From assembly GCA_963536495.1 (NCBI GenBank), contig CAUTAF010000007.1, positions 5,803 through 69,802 on the forward strand: 64,000 nt of DNA, written 5' to 3'. A program made the position numbers and the translations under genes. Shown here piece after piece: positions 9,600 through 18,666 of this stretch (its first letter is position 1; each line of letters starts with the position of its first letter). Below the pieces are notes generated by a model that was not told where the DNA came from, did not search any database, and saw nothing but the letters and a program-made list of their open reading frames with translations. Origin of the DNA: an uncultured Eubacteriales bacterium (GTDB taxonomy: Bacteria > Bacillota_I > Bacilli_A > RF39 > UBA660).

Positions 9600-10772
9600 A
9601 TGAATAAAATATTTCTTATAAAATATGGTGAGTTATCTTTAAAAAAAGCTAATAAAAAAGCATTTATAAAACAACTTGTTAATAATATAAAAACTAAATT
9701 ATCTGATATAGAATGTGATATAAAATATAATTATTCTAGAATATTTATAGAATGTAGTGATAAAGATGAAAAGAAGGTAGAAGATGTTTTAAGTAAAACT
9801 TTTGGTATATATTCTTATTCTATAGTTTATAAATGTAATAAAGATTTAGATGACATTATAGATACGTTAATAAAAAACTTACCAAATATTAATACTTTTA
9901 AATTTGAAACTAGAAGAAGTGATAAAAACTTTTATTTAAATAGTATGGAAATATCTAGTAAATTAGGTGCTTTACTTTTATCTAAAACTAATTTAAAAGT
10001 AGATGTTAATAATCCAGATAAAATCTTTTATGTAGAAATAAGAGAAGATTATGCATATTTATATTTTAATATGAAAAAAGCTTTAGGTGGATATCCAGTT
10101 GGAGTACAAAATAAAGCATTAGTTATGTTAAGTGGAGGAATAGATTCACCAGTTGCAAGTTTTTTAACTTTAAAAAAAGGTATAGCAATAGACTTAGTTT
10201 ATTTTGAATCTTTACCACATACTTCTTTAGCAGCTAGACAAAAAGTAATAGATTTAGCAAATAAGATTAGTGAATATGGATTTAATATAAAACTTTTTAT
10301 AGTTAATTTTACAACTATTCAAGAAACTATTTATAAAAATGCATCACCTGATTATGGTGTTACTCTTATGAGAAGAGCAATGTATAGAATTTCAGAAAAG
10401 ATAACAAAAAAATATAAACATATGATTTTAGTTAATGGAGAATCTATTGGTCAAGTAGCAAGTCAAACATTAACTAGTATTAGAACTATTGAAAATGTTA
10501 TTAATATACCTGTTGTAAGACCTCTTGCTTGTTTTGATAAGGAAGAAATAATTAAAATATCAAAAGATATAGATACATACGATATTAGTATTAGACCTTA
10601 TGAAGATTGTTGTACTTTATTTGTACCAACACACCCTGTAATAAATCCAAATATTAATAAATGTGAAGAAACAGAAGCTAAGTATGATTATAAAAAATTA
10701 GAAGAAGAAGCAGTAAATAATCTACTAATTATAAATATTCCTAAAAAAGAAGATTATAAAGATTTATTATAA
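9600..10772 (+). CDS. thiI: tRNA 4-thiouridine(8) synthase ThiI
   Basis: N-terminal THUMP-like region plus the PP-loop 'LSGGIDSPVASF'. Length is 390 aa. Confidence 0.85.
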   Translation: MNKIFLIKYGELSLKKANKKAFIKQLVNNIKTKLSDIECDIKYNYSRIFIECSDKDEKKVEDVLSKTFGIYSYSIVYKCNKDLDDIIDTLIKNLPNINTFKFETRRSDKNFYLNSMEISSKLGALLLSKTNLKVDVNNPDKIFYVEIREDYAYLYFNMKKALGGYPVGVQNKALVMLSGGIDSPVASFLTLKKGIAIDLVYFESLPHTSLAARQKVIDLANKISEYGFNIKLFIVNFTTIQETIYKNASPDYGVTLMRRAMYRISEKITKKYKHMILVNGESIGQVASQTLTSIRTIENVINIPVVRPLACFDKEEIIKISKDIDTYDISIRPYEDCCTLFVPTHPVINPNINKCEETEAKYDYKKLEEEAVNNLLIINIPKKEDYKDLL

Positions 10773-10803
10773 ATGTGATAAAATATAAGTAGTTGAGGTA
10801 ATT

Positions 10804-11754
10804 ATGGATAAATATAAATTAATAGATGAAGAGATAAAGAAATACACTAATATAGTGATATCTAGACATGTAAGACCTGATTTAGATGCACTTGGAAGTC
10901 AATTAGCACTTAAGTATTCTTTGAGTTTAAAATATCCTGATAAAAATATTTTAGCAGTAGGAGCTACTTCTTCAGTATTTAATTTTTTACCTAAATTAGA
11001 TAAAGAAAAAGTTGATGATAATACTTTGTTAATCGTTTTAGATAATCCTAATTTTTCTAGAATAGATGTAGCAGATTATACTAAATATAAAAAAATAATA
11101 AAAATAGATCATCATCCATTAATCGATACTTTTTCTGATATAGAACTTATAGAAACTAATAAATCAAGTACTTGTGAAGTTTTATATGATTTATTTAAAG
11201 CTTTAAATTATCCGTTTGATCCGGAAATAGCAAGTTATTTAATGTATGGAATTATTACTGATACAGGAAGATTTTTATTCTCTCTTGGAGAAAATTTACT
11301 TGTTAAAGCAAATGATTTGATTAATACTTATGATTTAGATATGAAAAAAATATATGAAAATATTTATTTAAGAAGTATTAGAGATGTTAAATTTGAAGGA
11401 TATATAGTAAATAACTTTAATATTACAAAAAATAATATGGCTTCAATAATTATTGAAGAAGAAATACTAAATAAATATGAAGTTGATCAAGCTGTAAGTG
11501 GAAATGTCGTAAATAATTTTACTAATATAAAAGAACTTTTAGTATGGTCTACAGCTACATATGATAAAAATAAAAAAGCATATAAGATAAGTGTTAGAAG
11601 TAGAGGACCTATAATAAATAAAGTATGTGAAATATTTAATGGAGGAGGACATCCTTTAGCATCTGGTGCAGTAATAGAAAAAAAAGAAGATGTCGAAAAA
11701 CTATTTAACTTATTAGATAAAGAATGTGAAAGGTATAAAAATGAAAATAACTAG
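10804..11754 (+). CDS. nrnA: DHH/DHHA1 family phosphoesterase (NrnA-type oligoribonuclease/pAp phosphatase)
   Basis: Motifs 'ISRHVRPDLDALGS', 'KIDHHP' and C-terminal 'GGGH'. Confidence 0.75.
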   Translation: MDKYKLIDEEIKKYTNIVISRHVRPDLDALGSQLALKYSLSLKYPDKNILAVGATSSVFNFLPKLDKEKVDDNTLLIVLDNPNFSRIDVADYTKYKKIIKIDHHPLIDTFSDIELIETNKSSTCEVLYDLFKALNYPFDPEIASYLMYGIITDTGRFLFSLGENLLVKANDLINTYDLDMKKIYENIYLRSIRDVKFEGYIVNNFNITKNNMASIIIEEEILNKYEVDQAVSGNVVNNFTNIKELLVWSTATYDKNKKAYKISVRSRGPIINKVCEIFNGGGHPLASGAVIEKKEDVEKLFNLLDKECERYKNENN

Positions 11755-12337
11755 TGTAAAATTAGATACTATTGCAGTAAGAGAAAGTCAGTATCCTGAA
11801 AGTAGTAAAGATGAGTTTTTACTTGTTGGAAGAAGTAATGTTGGTAAAAGTAGCTTTATTAATACTTTAATAAATAGAAAAGATTTAGCTAGAACTTCAG
11901 AAAAACCTGGTAAGACAAAAACAATAAACTTTTATTTGATAAATGATTCGTTTTATTTAGTTGATGTTCCAGGATATGGATATGCTCAAACTGGTATGGA
12001 ACAAAGAAAAAAGTTTGGTTTAATGATCGAAGAATACATAATGAAAAGACAAAATTTAAAGAGAGTTTTTTTACTTATAGATTTTAGAATTAAACCTACA
12101 GAAAATGATTTATTAATGTATAACTTCTTAAAACATTATAAAATCCCTACTACTTTAGTTTTTACTAAAACAGATAAGATAGGAAGTAGTAAAAAACAAC
12201 AACAACTACATATGTTAAAGAAAGCATTTGATATAGTAGTTGGAGATAATATAGTTTTATTTTCATCAGTTTCTAAACTAGGAAAAGAAGAAGTTTTAAA
12301 TTATATGGAAAGGTTAATGGAAAAAGAAAATGACTAA
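11741..12337 (+). CDS. engB: Ribosome biogenesis GTP-binding protein EngB/YsxC
   Basis: G1 'GRSNVGKSSFIN' and G3 'DVPGYG'. The ATG at 11741 has an AAAGG RBS; the ORF track begins at an upstream GTG at 11726. Confidence 0.8.
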   Translation: MKITSVKLDTIAVRESQYPESSKDEFLLVGRSNVGKSSFINTLINRKDLARTSEKPGKTKTINFYLINDSFYLVDVPGYGYAQTGMEQRKKFGLMIEEYIMKRQNLKRVFLLIDFRIKPTENDLLMYNFLKHYKIPTTLVFTKTDKIGSSKKQQQLHMLKKAFDIVVGDNIVLFSSVSKLGKEEVLNYMERLMEKEND

Positions 12338-13631
12338 TACAGTAGCACTTATTGGAAGACCTAATGTAGGTAAAAGTACTATCTTTAATGCACTTATTAA
12401 AAAAAGAAAATCTATCGTACTTGATACTCCTGGAGTAACAAGAGATAGAATATATGAAGATGCTTATTTTAAAGATTATAAATTTAAACTTATAGATACT
12501 GGTGGAATAGATTCAGAAGAATTAACATTTAATGAAGAAATAAAAATACAAGCTAATATAGCAATAGATGAAGCAGATGTTATTGTTTTTGTAGTAGATG
12601 GAAAAGAAGGGTTAACTAGGGACGATTTATATATTAGAAACTTACTTAGAAATACTAAAAAACCTATAATAGTTGCAATTAATAAAGTTGATTCAAAAGA
12701 TTTTAAAGAACATAAATATGATTTTTATGAATTAGGTTTTGAAAACTATGTTGAAGTATCTAGTGAATCTAATATGGGAATGTATGAACTTTGTGAAAAT
12801 ATAACTAGTTACTTAGTTATCAAAGAAGAAGAAAAAACTGACTTATTAAAAATATCTATAGTTGGAAGACCAAATGTTGGTAAGAGTTCTTTAGTTAATT
12901 CACTACTTAATGAAGATAGACTTATAGTATCTTCTATAGCTGGTACTACAAGAGATTCAGTTGATACTATACTTAAATATCATAATGAAGAATACTGTCT
13001 TATAGATACAGCAGGTCTTAGAAAAAAAGGGAAAGTATATGAAAATATAGAAAAATATTCATATATGAGAAGTATTAAGAGTATAGAAGATTCTGATATA
13101 GCTTTACTTGTAATAAATGCAGAAGAAGGTGTTATAGAACACGATAAACATATAGCAGGATATATTCTAGAAAAAGGAAAAGGTATCATAATAGTTGTAA
13201 ATAAATGGGATTTAAGTGAAGAAAAGAAAGAAGATTATATAAAAATGTTAAGAAATGAATTTCAATTTATTCCTTATGCTCCGATAATATTTACATCAAA
13301 TGTTACTAAAAAGGGAATAGGTAATATACTACCTATGGTATCTAAAGTTAAAGAATCTATTACTAAAGAAGTTAAAACTAGTGTAATAAATGATTTAATT
13401 ATGGAAGCTTATCAAATGAAATTACCTCCAACATATAAGATGAAGAGATTAAAAATATTTTTTGTATCACAAATTGGAAGTAAACCACCTAAGTTTTTAT
13501 TTAGAGTAAACGATGATAATTTAATTCATTTTGCTTATAAAAGATATTTAGAAAATAGAATTAGGGAAAGTATCGATTTTACTGGAACACCTATAATACT
13601 TGAATTTAGAGGTAAAAAAGAGGAAAAATAA
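12330..13631 (+). CDS. der: Ribosome-associated GTPase Der/EngA (tandem GTPase domains)
   Basis: Two P-loops, 'GRPNVGKSTIFN' and 'GRPNVGKSSLVN', plus a KH-like C-terminus. Confidence 0.9.
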   Translation: MTNTVALIGRPNVGKSTIFNALIKKRKSIVLDTPGVTRDRIYEDAYFKDYKFKLIDTGGIDSEELTFNEEIKIQANIAIDEADVIVFVVDGKEGLTRDDLYIRNLLRNTKKPIIVAINKVDSKDFKEHKYDFYELGFENYVEVSSESNMGMYELCENITSYLVIKEEEKTDLLKISIVGRPNVGKSSLVNSLLNEDRLIVSSIAGTTRDSVDTILKYHNEEYCLIDTAGLRKKGKVYENIEKYSYMRSIKSIEDSDIALLVINAEEGVIEHDKHIAGYILEKGKGIIIVVNKWDLSEEKKEDYIKMLRNEFQFIPYAPIIFTSNVTKKGIGNILPMVSKVKESITKEVKTSVINDLIMEAYQMKLPPTYKMKRLKIFFVSQIGSKPPKFLFRVNDDNLIHFAYKRYLENRIRESIDFTGTPIILEFRGKKEEK

Positions 13632-14050
13632 TGGATGTAAGAATATGGATAATTATATTAGTTCTTGCAATAATATTTGAACTAATAACATATGGACTTG
13701 TTAGTATATGGTTTATACCATCTATTATTCTAACTATTATTTTAAAATCATTTGGACTTAATAATTTATATATAGAATTACTTATAGTACTTATAACATC
13801 TAGCATTTTATTAATATTTACAAGACCGATTGTAGTTAAATTATTAAAACCTAAAAATATAAAAACTAATTTTGATAGAATTTTAGATATGGAAGGTAAG
13901 ATAATAAAGGAAGTTAAATTAAATGATTTTGGAATAGTAAAAGTAGATGGTAAAGAATGGAGATGCTATTCTAAAAAAGAAATAGATAAAGGAAAAATAG
14001 TAAAAATAAAGAAAATTGATTCCAATAAATTAGAAGTAGAGGAGGTTTAA
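13631..14050 (+). CDS. NfeD-like membrane protein (partner of an SPFH protein)
   Basis: 139 aa with an N-terminal membrane helix and a C-terminal OB-like beta domain. It is immediately upstream of the SPFH gene. Confidence 0.6.
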   Translation: MDVRIWIIILVLAIIFELITYGLVSIWFIPSIILTIILKSFGLNNLYIELLIVLITSSILLIFTRPIVVKLLKPKNIKTNFDRILDMEGKIIKEVKLNDFGIVKVDGKEWRCYSKKEIDKGKIVKIKKIDSNKLEVEEV

Positions 14051-14053
14051 TTT

Positions 14054-14941
14054 ATGACAGCAGGAATGATAGTTTTAATTATATTATTAATAGTTGTGGT
14101 ATCATCAGTAAAGATAGTACCACAAGCACAAGCTTTTGTTATAGAAAGACTTGGAAGTTATTCACAGACGTGGAATAATGGTTTACATTTTTTGTTACCA
14201 TTTGTAGATAGAATTTCTAAAAGAGTTAATTTAAAAGAAATAGTTAGAGATTTTGATCCACAACCAGTTATTACAAAAGATAATGTAACTATGCATATAG
14301 ATACAGTTGTATATTTTCAAATTACAGATGCAAAACTTTATACATATGGAGTTGATAATCCATTAAACGCAATTGAAATGTTAACTGCAACAACACTTAG
14401 AAACTTAATTGGGGATTTAGAACTTGATGAAACATTAACTTCAAGAGATATAATTAATTCTAAAATGAAGATTATTTTAGATGAAGCAACTGACCCATGG
14501 GGAATAAAAGTTAATAGAGTTGAAGTTAAAAATATAATTCCACCTAGAGATATTCAAGAAGCTATGGAAAAACAAATGAGAGCTGAAAGAGAAAGAAGAG
14601 AACAAATCTTAAAAGCTGAAGGTGAAAAGAAATCTAGTATTCTTATAGCTGAAGGTGAAAAAGAAAGTGCTATTTTAAGAGCAGAAGCAATAAAAGAACA
14701 AAAGATTAAAGAAGCAGAAGGGGAAGCTGAAGCTTTGATAAAAATAAAACAAGCAGAAGCAGAAGGGATAAAAATATTAAATTCTGCTAAAGCTGATAAA
14801 ACAGTTTTAACTTTAAAAAGTTTAGAAGCAGTATCAAATCTTGCTAATGGAACAGCAACAAAAATAATAGTTCCATCTAATTTACAAAATGTTGCAACTA
14901 TTGGAGCAACTTTAAAAGAGATGTTAAATGATAAAGAATAA
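14054..14941 (+). CDS. SPFH/band-7 (stomatin/prohibitin-like) membrane scaffold protein
   Basis: N-terminal TM helix, an SPFH core and a Glu/Ala/Lys-rich coiled-coil 'EAEGEAEALIKIKQAEAEG'. Confidence 0.8.
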   Translation: MTAGMIVLIILLIVVVSSVKIVPQAQAFVIERLGSYSQTWNNGLHFLLPFVDRISKRVNLKEIVRDFDPQPVITKDNVTMHIDTVVYFQITDAKLYTYGVDNPLNAIEMLTATTLRNLIGDLELDETLTSRDIINSKMKIILDEATDPWGIKVNRVEVKNIIPPRDIQEAMEKQMRAERERREQILKAEGEKKSSILIAEGEKESAILRAEAIKEQKIKEAEGEAEALIKIKQAEAEGIKILNSAKADKTVLTLKSLEAVSNLANGTATKIIVPSNLQNVATIGATLKEMLNDKE

Positions 14942-14960
14942 TATTTATTATTCTTTTTTT
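14933..14960 (+). terminator. Rho-independent terminator after the SPFH gene
   Basis: AAAGAATAAT-attt-ATTATTCTTT followed by T7. Confidence 0.6.
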
Positions 14961-15007
14961 ATTAAAAAGTATCTACATTATGTTATAATGCTATAGAGGA
15001 TATAAGT

Positions 15008-16462
15008 ATGGTTGAACAACTAAAAGCTAACAATATAGTATTAGTAGGATTAAAAAAAGTTTTATTATTTCCGTTTACTTTAATAAAGTATTCTACTGAA
15101 GGTATTAGTTTTATTAAAAGAAAAATTAAAAAACAAGGTTTTGATTTTTCTGCTGTAGATAAAATAGATGGAGAAGAACTTAATCAAGAATTAGATAAAG
15201 TTAAAAAACAAAGTGCAGAATTTAAAAATAAGATAACTTTAAAAGAAGAAAAGAATAAAAATTATTCATTTAATTATATTGTTAAAAATGAATTTGGTGA
15301 AACTGTAAAGGGAAGCTTTGAAGGACCTAGTTTAGAAGCTGTTAAAGTTTTCTTAGAAGGAGAATACGAAGATGTTTTATCTATTAAACCTAGAGAAAAG
15401 TGGGATATAGATATTAATATTGGTGGTAAATTTAAAGCAGATACTTTAGCATTCTTTTTAACACAACTTGCTACATATTTAAGAGCAGGTATTACTTTAG
15501 TTGATGGTATTAGAATTATGGTTAAACAAACAGTTAAACCATATGAAAAGAAAGTATATTCTAAAATAGTTTATTCTTTAGTAGGTGGAGATACTTTTTC
15601 TAAAGCTTTAAGCTTGCAAAGTAAAGTGTTCCCAGAGTTTTTAATATCTATGGTTAAAACTTCTGAACTTACTGGAGATTTACCATCTGTATTAGATGAA
15701 ATGGCAGATTATTATACAAAAATAGATAAAAACAAACGTTCTTTAAGAGCAGCTTTATCTTATCCGTTAATTATCTTTATGGTAGCAATAGGTGCAGTAG
15801 TGTTTCTTCTTACAGAAGTTGTTCCTAAGTTTCAAGATATGTTTAGTAGTGTTAATGGAAAACTTCCAGGAATAACTATCTTTGTTCTTCAAATGTCTAG
15901 TTTAATACAAAAATATGGACTATATTTATTTATTGGAACTATTATCTCAATATCTATGTTTGTATGGTTTTATAAAAACAATAGGGTATTTAAGAAAAAG
16001 GTTCAAACAGTATTTATGAAATTTCCTGTTTTTGGAGAACTTATTATTTGTAATGAAGTATCTAATTTAACTAGAACTTTTGCAACACTTCTTAATCACG
16101 GAGTATTTATTACTGATAGTATGGAAATTTTATCGGCAATAACGACAAATGAAGTATATAAATCTATGATATATAGAACATTAATAGGTTTATCTAAAGG
16201 TGCTAAGATAAGTGAAACTTTTAAAGGTGAATGGGCGTTTCCAATAGTTGCGTATGAAATGCTTGCAACTGGAGAAGCAACTGGACAACTTCCAGAAATG
16301 ATGAGTAAAGTATCAACTCACTTTGCTGATATTCATGAAGCAAAGACTTCTTCACTTAAATCACTTATGGAACCATTTATAATTTTATTTTTAGCAACTA
16401 TTATTGGTTTTATTTTACTTGCAGTAATAGTTCCAATGTTTAGCTTATATAATCAAATTTAA
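15008..16462 (+). CDS. pilC: Type IV pilus / type II secretion platform protein (PilC/GspF family) with a ~90-aa N-terminal extension
   Basis: Two GspF repeats, and C-terminal 'EMLATGEATGQLPEMM' typical of T2SS-F. An extended -10 box (TGtTATAAT, 14983-14990) lies upstream. Confidence 0.7.
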   Translation: MVEQLKANNIVLVGLKKVLLFPFTLIKYSTEGISFIKRKIKKQGFDFSAVDKIDGEELNQELDKVKKQSAEFKNKITLKEEKNKNYSFNYIVKNEFGETVKGSFEGPSLEAVKVFLEGEYEDVLSIKPREKWDIDINIGGKFKADTLAFFLTQLATYLRAGITLVDGIRIMVKQTVKPYEKKVYSKIVYSLVGGDTFSKALSLQSKVFPEFLISMVKTSELTGDLPSVLDEMADYYTKIDKNKRSLRAALSYPLIIFMVAIGAVVFLLTEVVPKFQDMFSSVNGKLPGITIFVLQMSSLIQKYGLYLFIGTIISISMFVWFYKNNRVFKKKVQTVFMKFPVFGELIICNEVSNLTRTFATLLNHGVFITDSMEILSAITTNEVYKSMIYRTLIGLSKGAKISETFKGEWAFPIVAYEMLATGEATGQLPEMMSKVSTHFADIHEAKTSSLKSLMEPFIILFLATIIGFILLAVIVPMFSLYNQI

Positions 16463-16463
16463 G

Positions 16464-17207
16464 GTGTTTAAAATGATAGTAATATTTTTTATTATGGGTC
16501 TTATATTTGGATCGTTTTATAATGTAGTAGCATATAGACTTTCTAATAATATAAGTTTAATAAACCCGGTAAGATCAATGTGTCCTAACTGTAAGAAAGA
16601 ATTGGGTATTTTAGAATTAATACCTATTTTTTCGTATGTGTTTTTAAAAGGGAAATGTTCTATATGTAAAGAAAAAATAAGTTTATTTTATCCATTTATT
16701 GAACTTTTAACAGGAATAAATTTTGCATTAAGTTACTACTTATCTGGTTTTAGTATAGATTTATTAATAATGCTTATATTGTTTAGTTATTTTTCTATAG
16801 TTATTTATAGTGATTTTAAATATATGATAATACCTGATGAAGTTACTATTGTAACTGTTATTTTAACTTTAATACTTATCATAATTAAAGGATTATATTT
16901 AAATATTTTAGTGGGATTTATTTCATTTTTATCTACATATCTATTTGCTAAAGTAATAAGTGTTATCTTAAAAAAAGATGCAATGGGTGGAGGAGATATA
17001 AAACTGATGTTTTTTGTTGGTTTACTTCTTAACTACAATGCATTATTAGCATTTTTTATATCTTCATTTTTAGCTTTTCCAGCAGCATTTTATGTAACTG
17101 TTAAAAATAAAAATTCTAAGATAGCTTTTGGTCCTTTTATACTTCTTGCAACGATCATAATATATATATTTAAATTAGATTTAATTAATATACTTATTTG
17201 GTTATAA
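16464..17207 (+). CDS. pilD: Prepilin peptidase (A24 family, PilD/ComC)
   Basis: Zn-finger cysteines 'CPNCKKE...CSICKEK', a polytopic membrane core and the active-site region 'GGGDIKL'. Confidence 0.75.
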   Translation: MFKMIVIFFIMGLIFGSFYNVVAYRLSNNISLINPVRSMCPNCKKELGILELIPIFSYVFLKGKCSICKEKISLFYPFIELLTGINFALSYYLSGFSIDLLIMLILFSYFSIVIYSDFKYMIIPDEVTIVTVILTLILIIIKGLYLNILVGFISFLSTYLFAKVISVILKKDAMGGGDIKLMFFVGLLLNYNALLAFFISSFLAFPAAFYVTVKNKNSKIAFGPFILLATIIIYIFKLDLINILIWL

Positions 17208-17255
17208 AAAGAACTTTGATAAAGATTATTATTTAGATTATAAGGAGAAAAAGAG

Positions 17256-17798
17256 ATGAAAATTTTATTTATATCAGATATACACGGGATAGCTATTAAT
17301 ATGAAAAAAATTGAAAAAGTCATTGAATCTGAAAAAATTGATAAACTTGTTGTTCTTGGTGATTTGTATTATGCAGGACCTACATATAATAAAAAATTTG
17401 AAGTTAATAGTATGTATGTTAAAGATATTCTTACTAAGTATTCGGATAAAATTATATGTTTAAGAGGAAATTGTGATTCAGATGTTGATATAAAGGCAAG
17501 TGATTTTCCAATTTGTAATAATTTATCTTTAATATGTGTAGATGGATTAGATATTTATTTGACTCATGGTAATGAATATAATATAGAAAAAAACAGGAAA
17601 TTTAATAGAAAAGGTATATTGGTATATGGACATGAACATATACCCTATATAAAAAAAGATAAGGAAATGATTTATATAAATGTTGGATCAATATCTCTAC
17701 CTAAAGATGATAATAAACCAACATATATGATTTATGATAATAAGAAATTTACAATTTATGATATAGAAAATAATAAATTAGATTGTATAGATTTATAA
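17256..17798 (+). CDS. Metallophosphoesterase (YfcE-like phosphodiesterase)
   Basis: Motifs 'LFISDIHG', 'GDLYY', 'GNCD' and 'GHEH'. Confidence 0.7.
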   Translation: MKILFISDIHGIAINMKKIEKVIESEKIDKLVVLGDLYYAGPTYNKKFEVNSMYVKDILTKYSDKIICLRGNCDSDVDIKASDFPICNNLSLICVDGLDIYLTHGNEYNIEKNRKFNRKGILVYGHEHIPYIKKDKEMIYINVGSISLPKDDNKPTYMIYDNKKFTIYDIENNKLDCIDL

Positions 17799-17870
17799 AT
17801 TATTTGGTGATTAGTATATTAATGAATTAGAAAATAAATATAAGTTTAATAAAATAACTAAAATAAAATG

Positions 17871-17896
17871 CTTGAATTAACAATAAAAAGACTTTA
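17871..17896. repeat. 26-bp direct repeat copy 1 (cttgaattaacaataaaaagacttta); the second copy is at 20508-20533
   Basis: The two copies are exactly identical and bracket the IS-flanked module. Confidence 0.85.
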
Positions 17897-17897
17897 A

Positions 17898-18138
17898 TGT
17901 CAATAACTTGGGAAAATGTCTCAAATAATTTAAAATATTAGCGTTAAGCGTATACATGATTTGTATGCGCTTTTTATTGCCGCCATTATCAACTAAATTT
18001 TTTATTATAGAATATTTATTATATTCATTCATTCTTAATTTTACCTTTCTCATATTGTCACCTCAGTGACATATTATATATTTTAATTGAGACATAATCC
18101 AAAGATAATCATTAAGACATTATCACAAGATAATCATA
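17898..18138 (-). mobile_element. Miniature, internally deleted derivative (~240 bp) of the IS-like element found at 19840-20507
   Basis: Its left ~75 bp and right ~165 bp are near-identical to the ends of the larger copy. The internal region, including the transposase fragment, is missing. The deletion junction lies at the short repeat 'tttttattgcc(g/a)cc'. Confidence 0.55.
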
Positions 18139-18166
18139 AATGTTATTATTAATGAAACAAAAAAAG

Positions 18167-18199
18167 TTGACAATTTAGAAATTTTTATATATATTAAAT
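18167..18199 (+). promoter_or_regulatory. Putative sigma-A promoter (TTGACA-17-TATATT) driving the leader and cassette
   Basis: ttgacaatttagaaatttttatatatatt. Confidence 0.35.
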
Positions 18200-18217
18200 T
18201 TAATTGGAGTGAAACTT

Positions 18218-18265
18218 ATGAAAAAGAATCAATTTCAATTAATATTTATGTTAAACAAATCATAG
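18218..18265 (+). CDS. 15-codon leader peptide ORF (MKKNQFQLIFMLNKS)
   Basis: A GGAGTG RBS is 7 nt upstream. Its stop codon overlaps the 5' arm of a strong hairpin + T6. Confidence 0.3.
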   Translation: MKKNQFQLIFMLNKS

Positions 18266-18299
18266 GGTAAGAGACTATTATAGTTTTTTACCCTTTTTT
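18265..18299 (+). terminator. Intrinsic terminator/attenuator hairpin in the 5' leader of the cassette
   Basis: GGGTAAgAgACTAT-t-ATAGTtTtTTACCC followed by TTTTTT, ~20 nt before the RBS of the 114-aa gene. Confidence 0.5.
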
Positions 18300-18320
18300 G
18301 TTGCTATATAGGAGGTAAAA

Positions 18321-18665
18321 ATGGCAAGAAAAAAACCAGAAGATTTTAAAGATGAAGATGGGAATATTGATTATCGAGCATATGCAAAATACTTAGATTC
18401 TGCTGAATGTGCTAATGATGATAATTATGATATTTTGGTTGATGTTCAATCTGGTAATATTTATGAGAGAACTGATGGAGATTGGACAAAAGGGCATGGA
18501 CATAAAAATGTATTTAATGGTTATAATAGAGATAAAGATAGTAAAAGCAGTAGTTCAGATAAACACCCTTGGAGAAATCCTTGGTTAGAGTATAATTCTT
18601 CTTATGTTATGACTGATGAAGAATATGAATTAGTTAAGTCGCCAAAAAAGTTAATAAAAAAATAA
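18321..18665 (+). CDS. Hypothetical hydrophilic 114-aa protein (first gene of the IS-flanked cassette)
   Basis: Strong RBS 'TAGGAGGT'. Acidic and His/Trp-containing, with no TM. No motif was recognised. Confidence 0.45.
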   Translation: MARKKPEDFKDEDGNIDYRAYAKYLDSAECANDDNYDILVDVQSGNIYERTDGDWTKGHGHKNVFNGYNRDKDSKSSSSDKHPWRNPWLEYNSSYVMTDEEYELVKSPKKLIKK

Positions 18666-18666
18666 A

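Noticed and set aside
15008-15280. The N-terminal 90 aa of PilC as a separate small gene
   Set aside because: There is no internal stop, no internal ATG/GTG with an RBS before the first GspF repeat was found, and the frame is continuous. It is kept as a single CDS with a note that the start is uncertain.
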